A stretch of 64,000 nucleotides of DNA from contig PFET01000001.1 of NCBI GenBank assembly GCA_002793855.1, positions 19,520 to 83,519 of the forward strand. Direction: 5' to 3'. Origin of the DNA: Candidatus Uhrbacteria bacterium CG10_big_fil_rev_8_21_14_0_10_48_11 (lineage in GTDB: Bacteria; Patescibacteriota; Patescibacteriia; GWA2-46-9). The position numbers and the translations under genes are program-made. Within the stretch, counting starts at the first letter, position 1. Every line of letters starts with the position of its first letter. The notes beneath the pieces were generated by a model that did not search any database, was not told where the DNA came from, and saw nothing but the letters and a program-made list of their open reading frames with translations. This document shows positions 52,945-62,558 of this stretch, piece after piece.

Positions 52945-53712
52945 ATGGCACTGTCGATTTTAAGCATTGGCATTTTAGTAAATGCGTTCATTAGCGCCAC
53001 CGTTGCTGGCGCCGCCTTCGCGTTGACCTACGCGCTCTTTCGCCGTCGTCGGCAGCAAACACCGACAACCGAGGCCTATACTTGGTTCTGGTGGTTTACC
53101 GCTTTGGTGTGGTCATTCTCGGCGTTACGCTATATTGCCGTCAGCTTCGGTTATGTTGGTGTCTGGGTTGGCTACAGCGACATTTTGGTGCAGGCCTCGG
53201 TGTTTTTGGGTGGACCACCGCTTTTCTACTATTTGCTCACGCGTGTCTTTGCCAACAGACGACTGGCCGCTTTTGGTAGTCTTCTGTCCCTTATAGCTAG
53301 CCTTGTGGCACTTGGGTTTGCGCTTCGACAAGGTGGCATTCCTCTGGATGACGTCACTCCCTTTTCTGCAGAAGCAACCATCAACGTCCGCTCCTTTACT
53401 ATCTTCGGTGCCGAAATTGCTCTCATTGTCCCCATCGCTATTTTTGATATTGTTCACCGACTGCGAAACTGGATAAAAAAAAGAAACCAGACTGTCCTCT
53501 ATGATGCGCTACAGACCGTACCGCTGCTACTCTACGTACTTCTTGGTACCATCGACGAGTCAAAAGTGATTACCTCGTGGCCGCTAGTGGTATTTCGTAT
53601 TCTTTATGTTGCCGGCTTCCTCTTTGTCTACATTATCATCACTCAAGAAGAGGCTGAACAGACCGACTATTTTGTTACCAAATCTGAAACGACTACAACC
53701 TATGCCCAATGA
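52945..53712 (+). CDS. 7-TM membrane protein, probable sensor partner of the downstream kinase
   Basis: About 7 hydrophobic helices; overlaps the kinase start. Confidence 0.7.
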   Translation: MALSILSIGILVNAFISATVAGAAFALTYALFRRRRQQTPTTEAYTWFWWFTALVWSFSALRYIAVSFGYVGVWVGYSDILVQASVFLGGPPLFYYLLTRVFANRRLAAFGSLLSLIASLVALGFALRQGGIPLDDVTPFSAEATINVRSFTIFGAEIALIVPIAIFDIVHRLRNWIKKRNQTVLYDALQTVPLLLYVLLGTIDESKVITSWPLVVFRILYVAGFLFVYIIITQEEAEQTDYFVTKSETTTTYAQ

Positions 53713-54967
53713 ACCTGAAATAAAAGAGAAGGCTCCGATCGTTCAGCCACTGCCACAAAACCCGTTTACAGTTGCGGTAACAACGCCAGCGCGTACCCCA
53801 GAACCGACGCTGGTACAGGAAGGCGGTCGCCGTTCTGTCTTTCTGCGAATCCTCGGCACCTTCTTTTTGTTGTCGGTGACACCTATCGCCATCTCGGCAG
53901 GACTTACCGCAACCGTTTACCAGAGTTCTATTCGACAATTTTTACCAGCCACCAGCGTCACCCAAGTTGAGCAGGTTTTACTGGCGCAGAACATTCTCAT
54001 TCTGGTGCTGGTTGTTATTATGGTTATTTTCGCGGGCAGCCTTATCTCAGCTTCACTCATTCGGCCGCTAACACGCTTAGTGAAGCTTACGCACCTCGTC
54101 GGCGAAGGCGAACTTCGTTATCGACTCAAGACCAACTCTCGAGATGAAATTTCAGAACTGACCAAAGCCTTCAACATTATGATTGATCGCCTAGAAGAAC
54201 AACGGCGGCGGGAACGGCTTATCAGTCAAATGAAGTCAGAGTTCATCTCTATTGCAGCACACCAACTGCGTACGCCGCTTTCTGCGGTGAAGTGGACACT
54301 AAAAATGCTTGAAGAGGGTGACATTGGCACACTAACACAAGAACAACGAGAGTTTATAGAGCGCGGCTACCGAGTTAACGAGCGTATGGTTCGACTGGTT
54401 GGTGACCTTTTGAACGTTGCGCGTATTGAAGAGGGGCGTTTTGGCTACCAGCGCGTTCCGACCGATTTCTTGGCCTATTTGTCGCAAACCGTAGAACGCT
54501 TTCGTGTCGAAGCGGCTGCACAGGGCGCCAGTTTGTCCTACGACAAACCAAACTTTACCTTGCCAAAATTGTTCATCGATACCTCAAAAATGGACTTGGC
54601 AATACAGAACATTATTGAAAATGCTATCAAGTATTCTAAACCAGGTGGGCTCATCGACGTTACTGCTAATCGCCTACCGGAAAGCGTTGAGGTGAGTATT
54701 CAAGATCACGGGGTCGGTATTCCTGCCCATCAGATCCATCGACTTTTCACCAAATTTTTCCGCGCGGACAACGTTGTTCGTATGCAAACCGAGGGATCTG
54801 GTCTCGGACTTTTCATTGTAAAAAACATTATCAAAAACCATGGTGGCGATATTCATGCCGAATCGGAAGAAGGCAAAGGAACAAAAATGATCTTTACGCT
54901 TCCGCTCTCTGAAGCGGCCGTACCAAAACAGGAAACCGCCTTTGAAGAATTTGTCGGGGGGCTCTAA
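53702..54967 (+). CDS. Sensor histidine kinase (2 TM, HAMP, HisKA, HATPase)
   Basis: AHQLRTPL, ENAIKYS, DHGVGI, FTKFFR, GSGLGL; ATG at 53702. Confidence 0.95.
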   Translation: MPNEPEIKEKAPIVQPLPQNPFTVAVTTPARTPEPTLVQEGGRRSVFLRILGTFFLLSVTPIAISAGLTATVYQSSIRQFLPATSVTQVEQVLLAQNILILVLVVIMVIFAGSLISASLIRPLTRLVKLTHLVGEGELRYRLKTNSRDEISELTKAFNIMIDRLEEQRRRERLISQMKSEFISIAAHQLRTPLSAVKWTLKMLEEGDIGTLTQEQREFIERGYRVNERMVRLVGDLLNVARIEEGRFGYQRVPTDFLAYLSQTVERFRVEAAAQGASLSYDKPNFTLPKLFIDTSKMDLAIQNIIENAIKYSKPGGLIDVTANRLPESVEVSIQDHGVGIPAHQIHRLFTKFFRADNVVRMQTEGSGLGLFIVKNIIKNHGGDIHAESEEGKGTKMIFTLPLSEAAVPKQETAFEEFVGGL

Positions 54968-57624
54968 GCAAGGCTCGGTGCGGGGGAACGATGTTGCGAA
55001 TCAGTAAGGTGTGCACTCATACGCTTTACTACTTCAATGGTCGTGACATCAAAAGTAGCAACACCCAAAATGATAAGCAGGTGCACCGCCTTAAGCGGTA
55101 CGGTACCTAAAAAGTAGTTGAAAAACGGTAAATACATCGTAGAGAGGGCGAGCGCGATACTCCCAATACTGGTAAAGAGGAGGAAACGGTTACCTTTGAT
55201 GCCCGTAACCCAAAGTGGTCGTCCAAGCGAGCGCAACGAAAAAATGTACAGAAGCGGGTTAATGGAAATGATACCAAAAATAATTGTTCTAACGTAAGCG
55301 AGATCGAGTTGTTGTACTTGTGTAAAATATATAAAGCCAGAGAGCAGCAACAAATCCCTAACAATTGACGTACCAAAAACGATGACCTTCCCCTGCGCTG
55401 TCAGTATTGCTGCACTGCGCGAAACTGGTGGTCGATGCATAACGTTTGGTTCTTCGGGCTCAAAAGCAAGTGAAAACGTAGGTAAACCATCTTGTATAAC
55501 GTTTGCCCATAAAATCATCACTGGTGTTAAGGGAAGTGGTGTATTAAACAGAAGTGTACCGACAATAAGAATGAGCTCGGTAAACGACGCAGAAAAAAGA
55601 AAAAGTGTAACTTTGCGGATATTGTCAAAAGTAATACGACCCTCTTTGACCGCAGAGGCAATGGTACCAAGTCCATCGTCAAGAAGCACAAGATCGGCCG
55701 CTTCTTTGGTAACGTCGGTTGCGGCTACTGTAGCAATACCGATGTCAGCCGCCCGCAGTGCCGGCGCATCGTTAATACCGTCACCCGTCATAGCAACAGA
55801 CTCTCCGTTTGCGATAAGCGCGCGAACGATACGCAGCTTATGCTCTGGCGTTACTCGACAGTAAACAGAAGCACGCTTCACGGTATCCTTCAAAAGTGCA
55901 TCAGAAAGTGCATCGAGAACCGAGCCGTTCACCACGCGCCCCTCACCCAAGGGAAAACCAAGTTCTCGACCAATGGCGCTTGCGGTCAGTTCGTGGTCTC
56001 CTGTTACCATTAATACTCTAATACCGGCCTTCCGTGTTACCTCCAGTGTATCGTTTACATCACGACGAATTGGGTCACGCAACGCAACGATACCGTGAAA
56101 GGTAAGCTCTCTAATGTGTCCACGTAGCGCCTCGTCGTCATCAAATGCCGCGTTCTTTGAAAGCACCCGGTCAGCAACACCAATAAGCCGGTACCCTTCA
56201 GAGGCAAGCTTCTTTTGTAAAGCGAGTAAACGTATTCGGTCGTCTGTGGTTATCGTTTTGCCGTCGCCAAGGACGGTAGCGGCATCGAGTAATATTTCCG
56301 GGGCGCCGCTAACCAAGCAATGGACATTTTCAGAAGACTCCCCCTCTACGAAAGTAGCGATGTACTTGCTTCGTGAACTGAACGGTAAAAAAGCAATCGA
56401 AGAAAAACGGCTACGCTCTTTGATAAGTGACGGCCTCTTATTAAGCACAAACTCAAGCTTAGCCTGATCAGTCGTATCACCACGAAAGACATACGAATCT
56501 CCACTCTCTTCAATGACTGCCTCATTGGCAAGCGCCAACGCCAAGAATGCGGGCAGCGCATCGCCTTCAAGAAAAGCGTGCTCAACTTTCATGGCACCTT
56601 CGGTGAGGGTTCCTGTTTTGTCGGCACAAATGACGGTCGTAGAACCTAATGTCTCTGCCGCAATTGGTTTGCGGACCAAACCTTTTCGTTTCAAAATGCG
56701 CGTTGTTGAAACAGCCAGCACAACCGAGAGCGCGGCAACGAGTCCTTCAGGAATTGCCGCAACGGCAACCGCAACGGCGGTTTCGAACGACTGCACAAAA
56801 TCGAGCCCCTCTAAAGCCCCTACGGCAAGAATGAGCAGCCCGGCAGCGACAACGGCAATACTAATCATATTGGCCAACCGCTGCAGCCGTAGCTGCAAAG
56901 GCGTCAGGTGGCTGCTCGCTGATTTGGTAAGAAGCGCGATGCGACCAAGTTCGGTTTTGGTTCCGGTCGCCACCACAACAGCCTGTCCGCTCCCTCGCTC
57001 TATGGTCGTTCCCATCCATACCATACTTGAACGGTCGCCCAACGCCGCAACGGTTTCTGCCGGCGCCGGATGTTTTTTTACCGCTGCTGATTCTCCGGTC
57101 AGTATCGCTTCGTTTATGGCAAGATCGCGCGCTGAAAAAATGCGAGCATCAGCAGCAATTTTTGCGCCGGCGCGCAGCTCAATAATATCACCGGGTACCA
57201 ACTCTGCCGCATCTACTCTATGAAGCTGCCCGTTTCGTTTCACAATTGCCAAGACCCGAACAATCCTGCGCAACGAGACAAGCGTCTGTTCTGACCGATA
57301 CTCTTGGTAAAATCCGATTGCTGTATTCAAAGTAACGACCACCAAAATAACTATGGTATCAACGTACTCGTGAAGCCAAAAGGTAAGCCCAGCGGCAATG
57401 AGCAGTACATAGATGAGGGGACTTGAGAGCTGACGAAAAAGAAGCCGCCACCAACCTATACCACCTTCAACCGGCAATTCGTTTGTGCCCGACGTTTCAC
57501 GCCGAGTCGCAACCTCCGAGTCAGTAAGACCACGTTCGGGCTCTACCCCAAGCGAACGCAACGCGTCCTCAAACGGAAGCGCGTGCCATAGCGTCTCGTG
57601 TATTGTTGTTGCTAATTCCGCCAT
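54964..57624 (-). CDS. Cation-transporting P-type ATPase (type II)
   Basis: TGES, AIPEGL, DKTGTLT, TGDH, TGDGINDAP. Confidence 0.96.
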   Translation of the reverse strand: MAELATTIHETLWHALPFEDALRSLGVEPERGLTDSEVATRRETSGTNELPVEGGIGWWRLLFRQLSSPLIYVLLIAAGLTFWLHEYVDTIVILVVVTLNTAIGFYQEYRSEQTLVSLRRIVRVLAIVKRNGQLHRVDAAELVPGDIIELRAGAKIAADARIFSARDLAINEAILTGESAAVKKHPAPAETVAALGDRSSMVWMGTTIERGSGQAVVVATGTKTELGRIALLTKSASSHLTPLQLRLQRLANMISIAVVAAGLLILAVGALEGLDFVQSFETAVAVAVAAIPEGLVAALSVVLAVSTTRILKRKGLVRKPIAAETLGSTTVICADKTGTLTEGAMKVEHAFLEGDALPAFLALALANEAVIEESGDSYVFRGDTTDQAKLEFVLNKRPSLIKERSRFSSIAFLPFSSRSKYIATFVEGESSENVHCLVSGAPEILLDAATVLGDGKTITTDDRIRLLALQKKLASEGYRLIGVADRVLSKNAAFDDDEALRGHIRELTFHGIVALRDPIRRDVNDTLEVTRKAGIRVLMVTGDHELTASAIGRELGFPLGEGRVVNGSVLDALSDALLKDTVKRASVYCRVTPEHKLRIVRALIANGESVAMTGDGINDAPALRAADIGIATVAATDVTKEAADLVLLDDGLGTIASAVKEGRITFDNIRKVTLFLFSASFTELILIVGTLLFNTPLPLTPVMILWANVIQDGLPTFSLAFEPEEPNVMHRPPVSRSAAILTAQGKVIVFGTSIVRDLLLLSGFIYFTQVQQLDLAYVRTIIFGIISINPLLYIFSLRSLGRPLWVTGIKGNRFLLFTSIGSIALALSTMYLPFFNYFLGTVPLKAVHLLIILGVATFDVTTIEVVKRMSAHLTDSQHRSPAPSLA

Positions 57625-57829
57625 AACTATCGCAAAGTATAGCACGATGAAGACAGAAAGCCGTACGTTATACGCCGTACGCTCTACGCTAAAAAATAAA
57701 ACTCAAAATGCAAAAAGTATAACTGAAACTGAAAAATCAAAAATGAGACACAAAACCACTAGCCGTACGCGAGAGGGAAAACGTGCCCGCCATAGCTTTA
57801 GCGTCGGCGGGAGTTATTTGAGAAAATCC

Positions 57830-57875
57830 CACAGGGACTTCCTTCGGTCGTCCGCACAGGGACTTCCTTCGGTCG
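57830..57875. repeat. 21-bp direct repeat pair
   Basis: CACAGGGACTTCCTTCGGTCG at 57830 and 57855. Confidence 0.9.
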
Positions 57876-57937
57876 CCGGTTTACCCCGCTTTATAGAACT
57901 TCGCGGGACTCGCGTTTGAGAATTAAAAAAGCGCCAC

Positions 57938-58013
57938 TGGGGCGGCCAGAGGGAGTTGAACCCTCGCCGAGAGGTCCACAACCTCTTGTGCTAACCGTTA
58001 CACCATGGCCGCC
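57938..58013 (-). tRNA. tRNA-His(GTG)
   Basis: G-1 GCGGCCA...AGAGG TTGTGGA CCTCT...TGGCCGC C CCA. Confidence 0.95.
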
Positions 58014-58078
58014 CCACTAGTGCCTTTAATTGAGCTCATCATACAAGCGAGACTTCTCTCTGTCAAAATATATACCTT

Positions 58079-58880
58079 TTATAAAGTACTAATCGGCCGA
58101 GACTGGGTAATATAAAACTTATTCTTAACCAACGCCCATTCTATGTCTTGTGGATGTTTATCATGTTTTTCAATACCAGAACAAATCTTAGCTAACTCAA
58201 CTATTTGTTTACCAGTAAGCTTTTGCCTGCCACCAACTTTAGCACTTAATTTTTTTTCTATGTTTCCTTTTAATGCTTTAACAATAGCTATTTTTTGCTC
58301 AGAAACATTTACATCCAACAAAGAATAATCTTTTTTCAAAATAATATAAGTGCCGAGTGTTACTTGGCCGGAAACAAGGGCTTCACCTAAACCTAAACCA
58401 GCCTCAATTACCATTTGGTCGTAATCGTTCGTTACTGGATGCACGGTAAAAGTAATACCTGATACTTCAGATTGCACCATTTGCTGAACTACCACCGCCA
58501 CGGAAACTGGTTTTTTGTGTAATTTTTTTTCAAAACGATAAAAGATAGCGCGTGAAGTAAACAAAGAAGACCAACATTTAATTACTGATGGAATTAAATT
58601 TTTTTGCGAAACATTCAAATAAGTTTCTAACTCCCCCGCCCAGGAAGCTACTTTTGAATCTTCAGCTGTAGCCGATGAGCGTACAGCCACCAAAATATTC
58701 TTACCTTTGCTTCATTTTTTATATTCCTCCTTTATTTCCTTCTGTCAATCAAGTGGCATTTTTTCGCGATGAATAATATCGCGCCTTTCTTCCGGCGCTT
58801 TTTCCACCGAATTAATATTGTTTGATTTTACACTATGCAAAACGTTTTCCAGCTCAACATTAATATCTGTCTCAATCATA
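58079..58880 (-). pseudogene. PEP/pyruvate-binding (PEP synthase N-terminal, ATP-grasp) domain gene, degraded at 5' end
   Basis: VAVRSSATAED..ASWAG, VVVQQMV, GLGEALVSG, QDIEWA, QSRPI; upstream part frameshifted. Confidence 0.8.
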
Positions 58881-58917
58881 TTTAAAGGTCCCAACAAACA
58901 TAAACAATAACTAATCT

Positions 58918-59802
58918 TTACTTTTTACGTTTTTCTTCTTGCATTTTTCTATAAAGGTCTTGTAACTCATCAAGGCGATTCATATCTACACCATATTCTT
59001 CTCCTCGGAATTTTATCTTTAAACTCACTTCACCGTCGCTGTCTCGGTTAATGTCAAAAACAACTCCTTCACCGGCATTAAAAGCGCCACCTATTTCCTC
59101 AAGTTTTTCAAACCCACGAGTTCCGTCCTTTTGAAGCATTATTTCGCTCAATAAGGCATCCGGCTTTGGACCGTGGGTTAAATTTTCGATACGAAGGTCT
59201 GTATCTTCGTATAAACGGTCAGACATTTTTACTCCAATACTAAGTCGATGGGCAAGTTCAGCCGCCACTTCTTCTGATGTTAAGGTACCAGCCGCTTTGG
59301 CTTTATCTGGATTATCTATCCAAAATTGAATTACTTCTGTTACATCTTTTGCACCGGCTTCCTTAGATTGTTTCATAACCGTCGCAAAATTTTTTACCGG
59401 GTCAAGATCCCCCGAGCGATAAATAACTACGTCCCCCGGTGGCATTTTTCCATGACCAGCTTTTTCTTGTGCCTCGGCGCTCATTTCTTTATTTACCAAA
59501 GCGGCAGCACCGGCTTCATCTCTAAAACTTCCTGCAATATGACCACCCGTCTCTCTCCCTCTCTTTACCCTTTTACTACCAGTAACCATTAAATAAGTTG
59601 CTTCATCTGCTAAATCTCCACCAGTTTTTTGGGCATTAGCAATTCCTTGTTCGGTTATAAAATCAGCTGACATCCCGTCGGGTAACTTACCAGGATTCTC
59701 GTGACGTCTCAAAACAAACTGTACAGAAACATTTTTCCCTTTTTCTCTACCCGCATCTTTGGCTTCTCTATGCGCCTCAGAAAATGACTTTTCTCTAAAC
59801 AC
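58918..59802 (-). CDS. Hypothetical protein, possibly histidine-phosphatase-like
   Basis: FVLRRHE, R..ET and LTHG resemble histidine phosphatase superfamily motifs. Confidence 0.5.
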   Translation of the reverse strand: MFREKSFSEAHREAKDAGREKGKNVSVQFVLRRHENPGKLPDGMSADFITEQGIANAQKTGGDLADEATYLMVTGSKRVKRGRETGGHIAGSFRDEAGAAALVNKEMSAEAQEKAGHGKMPPGDVVIYRSGDLDPVKNFATVMKQSKEAGAKDVTEVIQFWIDNPDKAKAAGTLTSEEVAAELAHRLSIGVKMSDRLYEDTDLRIENLTHGPKPDALLSEIMLQKDGTRGFEKLEEIGGAFNAGEGVVFDINRDSDGEVSLKIKFRGEEYGVDMNRLDELQDLYRKMQEEKRKK

Positions 59803-59917
59803 AATAATGATATATTAATTTACTAACTTTTATAAGTATACACTTTTATTGGCGATTTGTCAAATTAAACGTAATGGTTCAATGCCTTTGCTTCACCCTA
59901 GGGTAAACTATGGGGAT

Positions 59918-60823
59918 ATGGCATATACAATAAATACTCATATAGCAAAGGTCAGCATGGAAGGTATTAAGTTATATAGACAACAAGAGTGGGGTACTAG
60001 AATGGTGGCTAAACCTCTTGGAGTAAACCAAAGTACAGTTGTACGTTGGTTGGCCAAAGCTCCTCAGTATGGCTGGTGTCACATCCCTTCGGAAAGTAGT
60101 AGACCTAAGATTTCTCCAAGAAGAATGGACAAAGCTATTGAAGACAGAATTGTTGAACTGCGACCGAAGAGAGGTAGATGCTCTGAAGTGCTTCAGGCCG
60201 AGTTAGCCAGAGAAGGAACAATAGTGAGTTTGAGTACGGTGCAAAGAGTATTGAAAAGAAGGTATCTAATAAAAGAACGTAGTCCGTGGAAAAAGTATCA
60301 CCTTTCAGGTGATAGACCGGTGGCAGAAAAGCCAGAAATATTAGTTCAAATGGATAATATTCATATTATGAAAACTAGAATAGAACGTATGTATGTAACA
60401 ACTTTGATTGATGTATGTTCTAGAGGGGCTGATGCCAAGGCCAGTACCAGAATCAACACTAGGAGAAGTATAGAAGTGGCCCAAACGGCTGAAAGTTTAG
60501 CCCCTTTTCCCTTCTCTTGTATTCAAACTGACCATGGATCAGAGTTTAGTACTCATTTCACTTGTAGACTGAAAGCTAAAGGTATTCGTCATAGACATAG
60601 TCGAATAAGGCAGCCCAATGACAATGCTCACGTTGAAAGATTTAATCGCACTATCCAAGATGATCTTAGAACTGAGATAAAAAGATACAAACATCACCCA
60701 CCCACCTTAAACAAACATATTAAGCTCTGATTAGACTACTACAACAATGAACGACGTCATCTTGGTTTGGGGATTCAAACCCCAGTTGAAGCGATGCGAA
60801 GGTCTTGGTCTCTATGCGATTAA
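59918..60823 (+). mobile_element. IS481-family transposase (HTH + rve), interrupted by one TGA near the C-terminus
   Basis: QMD, IDVCSR, QTDHGSEF, NAHVERFNRT; YYNNERRHLGL...TP continues in frame after the TGA at 60728-60730. Confidence 0.8.
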
Positions 60824-60930
60824 TACTACTTTATTCTACGAACTATCCCTTTATTCGCATCTACCCCAGTACTACAACACCGCTACGCATGTTGAGTATG
60901 GGGCAAGCCTCTGCTGACGTACTAAGCAAC

Positions 60931-62314
60931 TCATACTTTAATTAGAGTTACTACTCCTCTATTCGCATCTACCTCTACAAGGTCGCCATCTTTGAAAGCC
61001 AAAGTGGCAACTTTTGTGCCAATTACACAAGGAACATTTAATTATCGAGAAACAATAGCGGCATGTGAGGTAATATCACCTACGTTCGTTACAATAGCTC
61101 CGGCTTTACGCATAGCGCTCACAATATCCGGCGTGGTGGCAATAGAAACAAGAATATCTCCTTGCTTCGTCTTTTTACCGTCAGTAAAAGGATTAGTAAT
61201 TATTTTTACCCGCCCTTCAATATGACCAGAACCCTTACTCACCACTAAACCTTTTATGATTTTGGTGTTTTGATAAACTTTGGGGTTATATATCTTAAAT
61301 ACCACTTCGGCTCTTTGACCATAAAATTCAGCAATTTTCTCCTTCCCCGACACCCAAACATAAGCTTTTTGCAAGAAACTATTTTGTTACAATTAAGTTT
61401 TTTGCCCTCGGCTAATTGCAATACTTCCGACGGCCAACACCATAGCCAGTCATTAAACTTCCAATTATTACGACGACCGATTTCTTTGACTATTAAATCT
61501 TCATAATATTGCATACGCCAAATATAACCCTTGCGTAAATCTTACGCCACCAAATTGTATGACTAAGTTGGTCTACGGCTAGTTGAATATCTCGAGGAAG
61601 CTTTAATTTTTTAACTAAATTCTTTTTCTTTTTTTTAGTTTCAGTAATTTGTTGAACAATTTGTTTTTTTAATGTCGGCGTTATTTTGAATAATAAATTT
61701 TTTAGTTGTCTATAAAAATATTTTTCATTTAAAATCCTGTTACCGCCATAACTGTTTAATAGCCAATGATATTTTTGAGTGTGTTCGGCAAGGGCTATTT
61801 TGAATAATTTGTTGTTTTTTATAGAGGCCAAGTTCAACAAATCTAGCTCCTCTTGTTGAAAAAATGAACACTTAACAGGGGCTAATAATATTTCTAAATA
61901 TTCTTCAGCTTTACCAATGTTAATTTTTTTTAATCTACGTAAAAGCCACGGCTCACCTCCATAATTGGCAATTTCCGGCACATGGACAATATTACAAAAA
62001 AAATCTATAAATTGATGAAAATTTTTATAGAGAGTTGATAATGCTTTATCGGAAAGTTCTTTGAAATTAATCGCCTCTAAAACTTTTGCCATCTTATAAT
62101 ATTGTTTAACCAAATCTTCCCACAGATTCCAAAGAGTTTTGTATTTATTTTTATTAAATAAATAAGACACAAAATATTTTTTGCCAATTTCTTCTAGATC
62201 GGAGCGATAACCATTATAAGTGACTTTATTGTCTTTAAAAACCAATATGGCTTTGGGCCATGGCCAAGGACAGTATTTTTTACTAACTCTCATGACCCCT
62301 AATAATATTTCCAC
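60931..62314 (-). pseudogene. PEP-utilising enzyme (C-terminal His mobile domain) pseudogene
   Basis: Frameshifted pieces ending TTPD...GAIVT..G.ITSHAAIVSR*LNVPCVIGTK.AT...DGDLVEVDANRG. Confidence 0.85.
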
Positions 62315-62524
62315 CCAGACGCCTATATAAAGAGGTCAACCATCAATAGGACATCATTTGAATAACTTTTTTGTGGAATCAATACGATAAAATAGGCTAT
62401 ATATTTCTATGTATGTCCCTACAAAAACTCTATTGTACGTAAAAATCAGCAAAGAATCGAGTGGGGTAAAAATGCTTATTTTACAGTTTTTCCTAATGAA
62501 AATGCGACGTTTTGACGCTAGGTC

Positions 62525-62553
62525 TTGACAGATTTGAAGGGGTGCGCTATATT
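62525..62553 (+). promoter_or_regulatory. sigma70-type promoter of the large structured RNA
   Basis: TTGACA-17 bp-TATATT. Confidence 0.75.
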
Positions 62554-62558
62554 GTTTA

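Noticed and set aside
57830-57875. Possible CRISPR repeat
   Set aside because: Only two copies 4 bp apart, with no spacers and no cas genes
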